From Amoeboaphelidium protococcarum X5 (Eukaryota > Fungi > Aphelidiomycota), in NCBI GenBank assembly GCA_023515725.1, contig JALDTO010000179.1, positions 136,039 to 200,038 of the forward strand: a stretch of DNA of 64,000 nucleotides. The letters run 5' to 3'. Shown here piece after piece: positions 51,472 through 64,000 of this stretch; position 1 is the stretch's first letter; each line of letters begins with the position of its first letter. Both the position numbers and the translations under genes were made by a program. The notes below the pieces were generated by a model that did not search any database, was not told the DNA's origin, and saw only the letters and a list, made by a program, of their open reading frames with translations.

Positions 51472-52202
51472 TCTTCAATACAGTTACAGGATAGTATCGG
51501 TAAGCAATTTATATAAATTTTAGATAACTATAATTAATACTATTCAGTTCAGTTAGTAATAATCTAAAAATTACCTAAAGAACGCAGCTTATTGTTGTTG
51601 TTGTTGTCGTTCAAGCTGAAGGAAAGAAAAGAACGAAGTGAAACGAACTCGAATGGTGAAACCGGAAACAGATTTAGGATTTTCACGCGCTTCACTGCTG
51701 ATTTGACCAGATAGATCATCTGAATGATGCAAACTTACTGTATATGGATGGATGATACGTACTGTATTTTATACAATCTAATAACTCGCCGTTTATAAGT
51801 TTATGTCTCGGTTAGTTAGGTAGAATTAAGACTGTTGCGTAGCGGTTATTTCTAAAGGACTTTAGCCGCCCAAGTTGCTAATGTCCTTAGATGCGCAGTA
51901 GGCTGAAGTGCCGCACCAATTAAATTGCGCACCTTTTGTTGTCATCACACGCTGTCATAAAGCCAAAAGTGTATCATTCTGTTCTATTATTTATTATGAA
52001 TAAGTTCTAAAATAATCCAATTCGCCTAAACTATCGGTTCAGGGGCTGCTGAACCAGAGTGGCGCAGGGTGATGCACTGTAAGTCTCACTTACTGTATTA
52101 ATGAACCCTAAATTTTTTCTCTGCTGACATTAGGAATTTTTATCAACAGCAAGTATTTTGTTATTATTTACTAACAGAATATTCTACATTTTACTAGTAT
52201 CG

Positions 52203-53186
52203 ATGATTGACACTCGCGTTCTATGTATGAGTTGGCTTGTATTGTGGCAGGGCTGCCTATATCCCACCGTATCAGCCATGTAGAATGCTCGCAGCGGTTT
52301 TTCTGGCGTGACGATGGGTACTGCTTCTGGCGGAGATATAAATGCATTATTCGCCGAGGTTGATCGGCAATCTGATTATTACGGATAGCTGAAAGAATTT
52401 AGTCGTTCTATCATGAGTGGTGCTATAGATAATGGTATCAAATTGCATAATGCTATCAATAGTATCATTTCTACTGAGCTGCCACATGAAATAAAGGAAC
52501 GCGTAGTGTAAATGATGGCCAACCAAGGGCGTGACTTTTAAGCTCTACTATAAAATACCGCTCGAAACTCTTGGTAATAATTTAGCTCAATGTCGCGTTC
52601 GGCAACCAATGCTCTAGATGCAACTAAGCTTGATGCTCTGCAGGAGTTCTTGTAAAGTATTCAAGGTTTGCCAACGGTGGAGGTTCATGAGAAAGTTTCA
52701 CGCAAGTTACTCGGATTTGGCTCTACTTCCAAAGTGAGATCTTAAAGTTTGTAATTAACTTGGAGTAATGGCGGCTTTCATGTTTAGTCAAAGTCAAGCT
52801 CTCTTCTGCCTGCAATTATGCTTACATTGACTACCGGTCTTATGATTAGTTTATACGTTAGATCTGTGATTATATCTCTGAATGATCGCAGATTGTCTGA
52901 GCGTCTATTTCACAAACTAGAACGATCTTTAATTGTCCTCGGCTTTACAGTGAATTTAGTTATATGGGGTACGTTAATTTGGTCTATTCCTGTTCTTCCT
53001 TGGGGGATTAGTAGTATAATAAGCTCCCTGGTATACTTTATGTTCGGCGATGATCGCATAATGAACATAGCAGATGATTTGCATCAACAATATCGCCAAA
53101 GATAGTAGGCCAAAAATTCGATAAGAAGTAGACTTAAGAACTTTTTCAAGGGTCGCTAACGTGTCTCTGCATCCTCAAGAATATGA
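52203..53186 (+). CDS. Signal-peptide plus C-terminal 3-TM protein, possibly a distant member of the 3.8-8.6 kb family
   Basis: 328 codons. SWLVLWQGCLYP resembles SYLIVWSNLVYP; SRKLL motif followed by three TM helices. Confidence 0.7.
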
Positions 53187-53902
53187 TTAGATTATATAGC
53201 TATTCTTAGCATATCCACTTTCTACACACCCAATTATCACTTTGCTTTTTACTACGGTAGACGCACATTGGTAGCGCACGACATTTAAATTCAGAATTCA
53301 TGCATATAGTATTTATATATGCGCATTTTCTTATTGAATATGCTGTTTGACTTGCGCTTTCGTCTGCGCTGTACTATAGTTAATGTGCAGCAAATCTAAT
53401 TCATAAAGCGGGAAGTCATTTTAGGCACACTGGTTTATCTTGAGGTGTCCAATATTTTAGTACCAGATTAGTGGTTGTCCGGTCGAGAACGTAAGTCGAA
53501 AGTACTGTTTGGCAGATTGTAATAAATCGATGGTCAATCCGATCGTTGCTTAGCATCATAAAATGTTACACCTTAAATTAAACGTGATGATGACTGGTGA
53601 GAAGATCGCGATAGAAACAGGCTAATTTTATACAAGTTGGCAGGTGCGGCTATTTTCCGTCTGGTTAACCTTGGTGTATTCATTCTCTCACTCCCTCTTT
53701 ATTGTCTGGATATAGATAGTGGTCTTCTTTGATATCAGCGACTAGTTAGTAAGTGATTAATGTATTTTCAAATGTCTTACCGGTATTATTTACTGTATTT
53801 GTGTGTGTAGTCACGTTTGCATTTCATCCTGTCATCTCCATATCTGTCTGATTAGATTCTCTGACACCTTAAAGCTATTGCATTAATTACACAACAAGGA
53901 CA

Positions 53903-56056
53903 ATGAGAGATAAATTTACAAACCAGAAATAGTCATCCTTTCGCGTAACTAATCGGTCAATATCTGCTGATGCTTAATAGCAGCAGATGAAAAAGGTTAA
54001 TGAGATGCTGAGTCCAGCCGCCATTGCATTGCTGTAACAGCAGCAAGGTTAGTTCAACTCACAGCATGCTAGTAAATCAAAGCAACACGATAAGGGAAAT
54101 CATCATCATCATCATCATGGGCTGTCCTCTGTCGTTAAAGCTGCTGCTTCTGCCTTTGGATTTCATCATTATGGTGCCAAGAATAATACTGCTGATCAGT
54201 CCACTTATGCTCAATCTAAAAGTGGTCAACCAACCTTTGGGGATAAGCAATTTACTAATGGAAGTGCGGAAATCTTAAAGTCTCATAGCATGTTGGACGC
54301 GCAAGAGGATACAGTCATCGACTCTGTGGTTGGAATGGATATTGATTCATAAGGAGTACCAACACGTCCTCATCCGTTGTATATTCCAGAAATATTGCTG
54401 CATATACTGTCATTTCTTGAATCTCCAATGACTCTTTGTAGTGATCCTAACCAGCCACTGGATTTTGTCAAAGTTGACTCGGTGAAGTACACAATCTCAA
54501 AGCCCAAGTTGCATTCATGTGCTCTCGTCTCTAAGCTGTGGAATCAGTGCGCCGTCAAGATGCTGTACAAGAATGTCAAGGTGGGAAATGATGTATCGGT
54601 GGAGCGTCTGGCTAGGACATTAGGCTCCAGTAAGAAAGGTGGTTAGATTGGTCGCAGTGTCATGGCAGGTAACGTTTGTTGGGGCACATAGCCCGAGACG
54701 TGTTAGTTGCATGAGTACTTTGTGTAAATTCCATCCCCTGTGAATGGGTGGATTTATGGTTAAATGATTAAAAGCATCTACCTGACACCATCTCACGGCT
54801 CCAACACTGAGTCGTTCATGAAGCAGAATTTGGACTTTTTGGTATCTCTGGTGGCTATTAGTTGTCCACAAATAGAATCTTTGACTCTTTCAAATTGCTC
54901 TCAGATCACGGATAGGAGCATGGTTCTGATTGCTAAACATTGTCGAAAATTGAAGATTTTAAATTTGAATCGATGCGATTTGGTATCGACAGAGTCTGTT
55001 GAAGAGTTGGCTCGTGGCTGTACCAAGTTGGAGGTGCTTAATCTTTCGCGTCCTCTGATGAATCCGCGCACTTAGATTGCCGATGAAGCTATTGCAGCCG
55101 TGGTCCAAGCTAATCCCAACTTGAAAGAGTTGCGACTTCGAAACTGTGAACGTTTATCTGATGACACTGTTATAAAGATTGCTTAGTCCACTCAGCAGAA
55201 TCTATTGGCTCTTGATCTGAGTTGGTGCAGTCAGCTGACTGATCGAGCTATTGTTGAGGGCCTGGGCATGCATTGTAAGTCGCTGAAGAGTTTAGCATTG
55301 AACGGCTGCAAACGATTAGAGGATGGCTCCCTTCGTTCTCTACTCACCAACTGTCCCAATATTGCTTCATTGTCACTGGCTCATCTGCCTTTTATTTCTG
55401 ACCAAGTATTGACTGCTATGGCTGTGAACATGAAGCATTTGTAAATTTTGTCACTTAATGGATGCGCTCGAGTGGGTGATGCTAGTATCACGGCCATTGT
55501 TGAGAATTGTAATCAGTTGCAATGCTTAAGTCTATTTCAACTCCCAATCTCTGATGTTGCTGTAGAGGCGGTAGCAAACAATTGTCCTGATTTGGTTAGT
55601 CTTTCTATTTCTGGGTGTGTACTTGTCACGGATAATGGCGCGATTCACATCTAAAAACTGCGTAAGTTGCAATCTTTGTACCTGAATGGAGCCAAAATAA
55701 CAGACATTTCACTTGTAATGATCGCGTCACAATGTCGATAGATTCGCGCTCTCTCCCTCAATGATTGTCAGCAGTTGACTGATAAGACATTTGTGTGTCT
55801 GTCCAAGTACTGTCCAAGTCTGTAGTCTCTATCCATGAACAAGACAATGATTACTGTGGTTGGAATAAAGGCGCTGGTTGACCGTTGTATTGATTTGAAA
55901 GAGTTGAGTGTCAAAGAATGCCAGCAGTGTACTCTCATCGGTCCTGACTCCTAGAAACTTATTGCTGGCAATGGTGGTATGCACAGTTTATGCGCTGTAG
56001 GTGATAATGTGCTGTCAAAGATTAGAAAGCGCCGCATTGCTTTAATCTGCGCTTGA
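53903..56056 (+). CDS. F-box / leucine-rich-repeat protein (FBXL/Amn1/Grr1-like)
   Basis: 718 codons. F-box IPEILLHILSFL..CALVSKLW, many LxLxxCxxITD cysteine-containing LRRs and an N-terminal His tract. Confidence 0.92.
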
Positions 56057-56219
56057 ACTGAACGTGTGTGTATTGATTTCATCAGCCTTATTGAAGATCA
56101 CGGACATCTTGCTGATAGCATCATCATATAATTTATAGATAGATAGACATCATTTTGCATCAAATCAGTTATTTCTTTTCATTTTGAATTATTAGATCAT
56201 CTATAATAGAGAATACGGA

Positions 56220-57218
56220 ATGTTGATATAAAGCTTAGTGTTGTTCATCGTTGGCGTTTATTTGATTAGAGGAGATGACGATCAGTAGGTGTGCAGTGGA
56301 GATGTCACAATCTCCGATGCCGGTCAACTAGCTTCACTGAGCCCGTGCCAAACTTATAATGGTAATGTTGTAATAAAAGCCATCAACGCGGCAGAAGTTA
56401 CATTAAAAGACGTGCGTCATATAAAAGGAAATTTGCAGGTTGTCCACAATCCTGGTCTATTGCGATTCTTAGCGCCCGACTTGAACAGCGTCTCCAACGA
56501 TATCAGCATCTATGACAATACTGCTGCAGATGCTGTGGATCTATCATCCCTGGAATCAGTCGGAAGTTTCTACGTGACTGGCGATACGAAACGATCAATG
56601 AAGACTTTGAATCTGCAGTCTCTGAAACAGGCTGAGAACAACGTCAGTCTGTGGTACATTGAGCTATTCAACTTGACTGCATTAGAAGTGGTTGGACGCG
56701 TCGTTGAGATCAATGAATGCTAGATGTAAGCGGTATCACTTCCAAATTTAAATGAGGTTGGAAGTCTAGCATTTCAGAATAATGATCAGCTGCAGCAGGT
56801 CCACCTTCCGTAACTCTAGACAGCCTACGGTGCCATGTACTTGAAAGACAATCCAAAGTGGCGCGGTTTCAACGAGACTGATCTGGCAGAACTTCAAACT
56901 GTTTCGGGAACTGTCACGGTCACCTAACAGGTCGGCTTAGATATGAAACAGATGACATTCGGACCAAAGTTGAAGAATATCGAAGGCGGATTCTATATGC
57001 AGGTTGGTACAAACACTAATGGTTCATCGTGCGCAGATCTAAAGAAGCAACTGGTGGGAAGCGGTCAGAATAACATTGTACAAGGTCAATTTAAATGTCG
57101 CATGGGCTCTGACGCGATGTCTGGTGCTTACTCTAGTTACAACACTTTAAATATACCTTTAGTCAGTCTGCTAAGTGTCTCACTGGCTATGGCTCTGTTG
57201 ATGCCATCAGTCCATTGA
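56220..57218 (+). CDS. Ecm33/Sps2-like GPI-anchored receptor L-domain surface protein
   Basis: 333 codons. Signal peptide, CSGDVTI..CQTYNGNVVI, repeated LxxVxG motifs, GQFKC and a hydrophobic GPI tail. Confidence 0.85.
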
Positions 57219-57482
57219 TATCAATGCTTTTGATTGTATACGTTGCTACATTTGCATCTCATACATGTATAGAATGACATAAACTTCATTGTAATAAATA
57301 GAATATACATAGTTTGCGCTTTGAGAGTTTAATTTACTACTGTACACCATCTTCATAAATCTTTTTACTATGCGATTGTGACTTCTTTAGTTAAATCATC
57401 TCGTTCGCCGTTTTCTCTTTTCTTCATTGCAGTAAAACTCTCGTTTTATTCAGTTGTACAAATCACCCATAAATTACTTATT

Positions 57483-59918
57483 ATGATTATACTTGTTAGA
57501 TGTTAGGATGACGGCCTGGCTAATAGTTTATGTGATAGACTGAATAGCATAAATAATCTCAATGTTCCTTTACAGAGACCGTCATTGCTGAATGGTCAAG
57601 TTTATGCAGTGAACTTGAATTAACTTCGTCTCCATTTCACCTCTTAACTGGATCAGATTGGATATGCTCGACTACCTGCTATACAAAACGGCCCTAAAAT
57701 CAATGAGGAAGTATAAGCTGTACCATTTAGAGTCAAGCGAGAAGTGCAAGAGTTTTCAACCTTGTCACATCCTTTGGCAGTCATCAATGTTGCCGTCTGG
57801 GAATCTGGAAATGTCGTGGATTAGTTAACCGCCCTGTAGCAGAAACAGTAATCGTAATAAACTAAAAATCTACCAGAATATATGCACCAAGATTTTCTAT
57901 ATTACAATCTCATAGTCTCTGTTTAGAGTATGTAAACTCAGACTGCGAACCATGATTAGGCGTTGGCTTAAGTTAAGAGCAAGTTTGGTCTGCATTGCTA
58001 TCTATTGCAGACATAGTAGTAGGACGATCAGTTACTAGTCCAATTTATACGAGAGTTTATGTGCTAATCACTTATACCTTTCATGGATAGATCGATGCAG
58101 TTATGGAATGAGAATTATGCCAATCCACGGCGAGGACTTAGTGGACGATTGTTCAGTGTTGGCCGTAGATACTTTACCACCAGCGCTGCCAAGTAGTCTT
58201 CATTGCAATAAATTTCAGTCGCCGGCACAGTGAAGAGCGTTTATCTACCATAAAGTACTGAGATTACTCTTTAACGGCTGGCTGATTATTCGTTCATGTT
58301 GAAAGATTACAGGTTCGCCTACGTGATTTATGATATAGTCAAGAAGGATTTTTAGTCGGACAGAGCTGTAAAGTATTATGCCAACGCTCAGCATATGATT
58401 GCACTGTGTATTATACTTCAAGTTGCTCAGTTGTCCAACTCTGTGAACTCTTCAAGCAACTCCGAGAGTATATCTAGTAAAGACTATGAATAATACTTGG
58501 AGTCTGCATTTAATGGATTTGTGAATAGTGAAGATCTTACTGAGGCTGTGCTCTGTGTCGTATCAGTACACTCTGCTCTTATTGAGGCTAAAATGTACCG
58601 TGAGGCTGCCAAGTCATTGCTGATGATCATCCCCGTGATAGATGTCTTGTCTGTGGGGTTTGTGTACGAATAGAGCGCATATTGCTACAAAATGCTTGGC
58701 TTGATGAGAAAGTATTGTCAATTCTCCTTCCATGCTGCCTAGTAATACATTGAAGCTAAAAATCGATCGCGGATTGGCAATATACTGATGCCTTTTATTA
58801 AAGATCAATAGAATGTGCGACTTTATGGATCGCTGTATGGCTCTATTGCATCCTTATTACTTTAGGATTGTTAGGAATGTCAATTATAGCCTTCTAAAGT
58901 AATTGATGACTTTTGTATAGGCAGTATTTAGTCTTCACTCAGTGAGAAGGCAGAAACTGAGCTTTTCAATATTTACGACAAGGATGCGAAAAGCCAGTAG
59001 TAATAGTAATAATCGGACCCTTTAAAGTCCTAGTGTTCATTCCTCATTATTGTGTGGAAGAGCTTTAGCTTGTCAGAGGTTAGTAGCCAAGAGGATTTGC
59101 TTCAACTTTCTCCTCCGAACAAGTAATAGTTATCGACTGCGTCTAAGAAGATATGGCTCCAAGTATCGCTTATGGTGTGGAATTCTTTGAGTAATTAAGT
59201 GTAACTGCAAGACTCTTAAGTTGGAATATCAATTGGCGAGTAAAAGTATTAATCACTGTCATAGTCTATTGCTCTCCCTGGTAGATAGACGACGATTCTG
59301 AAGTTCAAGTTCTAGAACCCGTTTGCCTCCCCTCTGAATGCAAGATTAAATGCGATAGCGTTTTCTATACAAGGCTAAAAGTATAATATAATTTGTCAGA
59401 ATGGCTTTAGTAGGACTCTGCTTAAAGCATAGGCGGCCTCTTCCATGTAAAGACTCTCGATTAGTAGTCGATTAGAAAGGAGGTCTGTAATGTCTTTGAA
59501 AAAGGAGTCGAATTCTAACTCTAATCAGCGCACGTAATAGACATCTGATGACTGCCCGGTGATTGTTGATTATTATGAGAAAGTGGTTAATGACACTCTA
59601 CCGGCCAACATCAAGTAAATGATGCTTGTACTCAAAAATACTTCATGGTTCATGACTATAGAATATGTTATAGACTTGGAACAGGATACAGAATCGTCAA
59701 GTTAACCGCTATGGCTAGGATGTAGCATGATCAAAGGCGGACTGGTGGCTAGTGAAACTAAAGAGATTCCTCTGCAATTATACATTCCTCCAGCCGGCGT
59801 AGTGGATCTTGCGCGATGGCAGATACAGATTGTGGCCAGTTCTGGCAACTCCTTTGCCAAGAAGAAATTCACAATCAAGCCCAATGATCCGTACTTTATC
59901 AGGCATAATTGCTCGTGA
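57483..59918 (+). CDS. TRS85: TRAPPIII subunit Trs85/TRAPPC8
   Basis: 812 codons. TLSHPLAVI, SLIPFMDR..WNE..RRGLSGRLFSVGRRYF and RLADYSFMLKDY. Confidence 0.9.
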
Positions 59919-60389
59919 TTACTATTATTTTGACTCAACATGATAGAATACCGCGAACTGTAACTATACAATTTGTTACTCTTTTATTTTAACCCAATAG
60001 CGACTAACATTGGTGTCCACGTCATAGCTGAAGTATCAAATAACCAAATTTTTTCAACATCCGCATCGTTCAAAAGCACATCATCAATGTACCCGTACGT
60101 GTTGTCAACGATGACATGAAACGATGTGACGACTGCTGATTCGCTCGCTAGATCGCGCACATTCTCATTTCTCCGCCTTTAACAAAGAAAGTCTGCGCTG
60201 TTGAGATCGTCTTAACGAGAAACGAAAGAACAAACGAGCAGCCGGCGACTCATTTCATTTCTTTGCTTGTTTTACTCACTCCTATTACGAATAAATATAG
60301 AAAGGTCCTAACCCCCATTTACACTCTTATAATATCTCACTTAGACTTTATCGTACATTGGTATTAAAGCACAATCATAATACAATAAA

Positions 60390-61757
<1,368 letters not shown>

Positions 61758-61901
61758 GGTGCTCATTGGAATGCATTCCACATGCTCTATATAATTAACT
61801 CGAAGCGAGAACTAATTTTCAGTGTTTGAAGTGCCGATGAAGAAAGAGATTAAAGTCTTTTAAAATGTGATCTTATATCCATTTTCTATATATTTACAAT
61901 T

Positions 61902-63161
61902 TCATTCTCCTTATTAATGCTATTATACTGTTGGAGTGTAAGGAGTAAGCGAAGGAGTTTATGCAGAAGAGGAGGAGGATGATCGACGATACGATATTTG
62001 CGAGGACTATGATTTCTACTAGCCATGTCTCATCAAAAGTTAATGAGCAGCGGGAGATAGAGCAGCCAACCGCCGCTCTCTAGTTCTAAAGCCAGATACA
62101 CTTGAGTGAAGGGAGGAGGAGCGCGCCGTACTGGCCATCATTGTTGAGTCATTGTCTCTAATACCCAGGTTCCTGCCACTACTACTCCCTTGATACCTTC
62201 TACTTGCAGTGCCACTCACATTGTCTCGCTATCTATACAATAATGACGATGTATTGCGCTGATTAAATGCAGGCGGTAGTCTAGAGAATCGCCCACTTTC
62301 TCCACCACCAACTCCAGAAGGGGCAGCAACAGTACCAGCTCTATCGCGAATAGAACGACTGGCTCTGTCAGATAGAGATTTAGATAAAATGTCCTTCCGC
62401 TACAAGTGAGGCATCTTGAAAGGCTCAGAGATGGGCTATTACACTAAAGATTCCGCGTCATCTTCACGAATGAGCACTGGTGTCGCTGCGACATTGCCCC
62501 AAGTGAATTCTGGCTTCTGCATAGATGACAGATCTGGAGTATCCTTGACAAACTGGTAATTATCTTGAGACAAGGGATGCGCTACTCTCACATCAGGCAT
62601 TAGATTCTAATTAATACTGGAAGCATTTGTACTCAGGCGCGTATTCTATGTCTAAATATGGTCCAGAGTCTCGGGTGGGGCATTTAGTAATCTTTAGTCA
62701 CTAGCTGAAGATACTCCCATCAGCAATTTCTAAGGTTTATAATCTACTCTGAGACGAGAAGTATCGATATTCTGGGCTTATAATCTCTTCTCCAGCATAT
62801 TCACTTTATCCAAATTCTATCTAGTCAGTAATCTTCCAAATTCCGCATCTTCCTCTCCAATATGCTGAGAAAGGAAGGTGTCCAGCGTCATTCCTTCACT
62901 ATGATTGTAATCGCTCTATTGATACAAGTGACCAGGTAGCTTTGATTTTTGCTGTAACTCGGGAAAATAATCTCTTTTAATAATAGCAGACATTGTATTA
63001 TGAAAATCTCGTTGAGTTATCACCTGCTACCCATTGTAATCTCTATCATTCATATCTTCTTCATCATCATCTCCTTACTACCGTTACTCCGTAGAGGGAA
63101 TCGCCTTAGCTATCAATTTAAGAATATCCTCTTATTCAGTTCTATTTACAAAGCTATCCAT
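61902..63161 (-). CDS. ESS2: Splicing factor ESS2/DGCR14
   Basis: 420 codons. IIKRDYFPEL, MTLDTFL..EDAEF, FTWGNVAATP and PFKMP..RE. Confidence 0.85.
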
Positions 63162-63475
63162 TTTTACAATCTATTAGAATGACAGGGTTAGGCCTTATCA
63201 GCAGGGAATTATTTCTATTAAAAATTAAATGAATGGGAGAAGAGAAAAGCGCTCAGCCAGTGAGAACAACAAGTGAAAACGCGTCAGACTTTTTAGTGTT
63301 GGCTGTTTAAGGCTACCTAGTCATGAGCAATTAAAATGCAGCGTATGCAAGTGCTTTAATAACATGATAAGATATATCTAGTCTTGATAAGTATTACTAA
63401 GGGAATCGATCATAGCGAGCAATAGAGTTATAAAATTGGAACAATCTATTGTTGTAATGATTAGGCAAAATTACA

Positions 63476-63865
63476 TCAAATGTCAATATTGATGTCTCGC
63501 CTGACTGTGAGCTATCTCTTGAATACAGAACTTGATGCTATCTATAACGCACCATCATAATCCACGTAAGTCATACCAATGTTACTGTTACTGCTGTTAT
63601 TGCCAGATTAGAGACTGTCCGGTAAAGACATTTCCAAGCGGTATCCGTCATGCGATGCCGTTAGCTGTTAATCTCCATCTTTGAATTTCAGTGTGACACC
63701 TTCCAATGACTTGATATTGAAGTTAGCTGGTATTTACATGAGCCATACTTCTTTATCGCTGGATTGTATCAGATCTGCTGGTAAATCCATAGTCGTAACT
63801 TTATCAAATTTATATCCAGGTTCAGGCTTAAATGAGCATCCTTTGATAGCATCCTTATCTCCCAT
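63476..63865 (-). CDS. RPA34: RNA polymerase I subunit A34/PAF49-like (short)
   Basis: 130 codons. FKPEPGYK and DKEVWLMQIPANFNIKSLEG. Confidence 0.6.
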
Positions 63866-64000
63866 ATTCACCAGACGCGAATTTTATTACTACACTTTAT
63901 AGTTATTACTTAGATATACAAATACAGATACATATAAAAAACGCGTAAATATATACCTGCTGTGTATTGCTGCTATTATCATCAGTTTTGGCCTTTTTAG

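Overview
This is eukaryotic, gene-dense and intron-poor DNA from a fungus-related organism that reads TAA and TAG as Gln, with TGA as the only stop (translation table 6). That is why the supplied standard-code ORF track is fragmented. Together with the fungal-type genes (Gvp36, Ecm33, Slt2, Iml2, Adp1 domain), the code suggests an aphelid such as Amoeboaphelidium protococcarum; this is inference. Re-translating by hand gives about 35 genes. Most are housekeeping genes: POLD4, TRM10, CTF8, NAA38, eIF3j, DNAJC9, a Nvj2-like PH-SMP protein, FATP, RBM8A, an M16 peptidase, IML2, DCP2, DRS1, an F-box/LRR protein, TRS85, a Slt2-type MAPK, ESS2 and RPA34. The most notable element is an intact 744-aa Fanzor2/TnpB-family RNA-guided nuclease gene (13323-15557), hidden by about 30 TAA/TAG Gln codons. 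It has a poly-Lys NLS, the rearranged RuvC triad, no canonical Zn ribbon, and a structured 3' flank that may encode the omegaRNA. Also present are an intact 810-aa tyrosine-recombinase (Crypton-like) transposon gene, a Crinkler NTPase+REase pseudogene interrupted by a 4x176-bp hairpin array with GT-AG ends, a tandem cluster of an uncharacterised secreted/membrane protein family, and several signs of gene decay. All family assignments come from motif recognition by eye, not from database searches.
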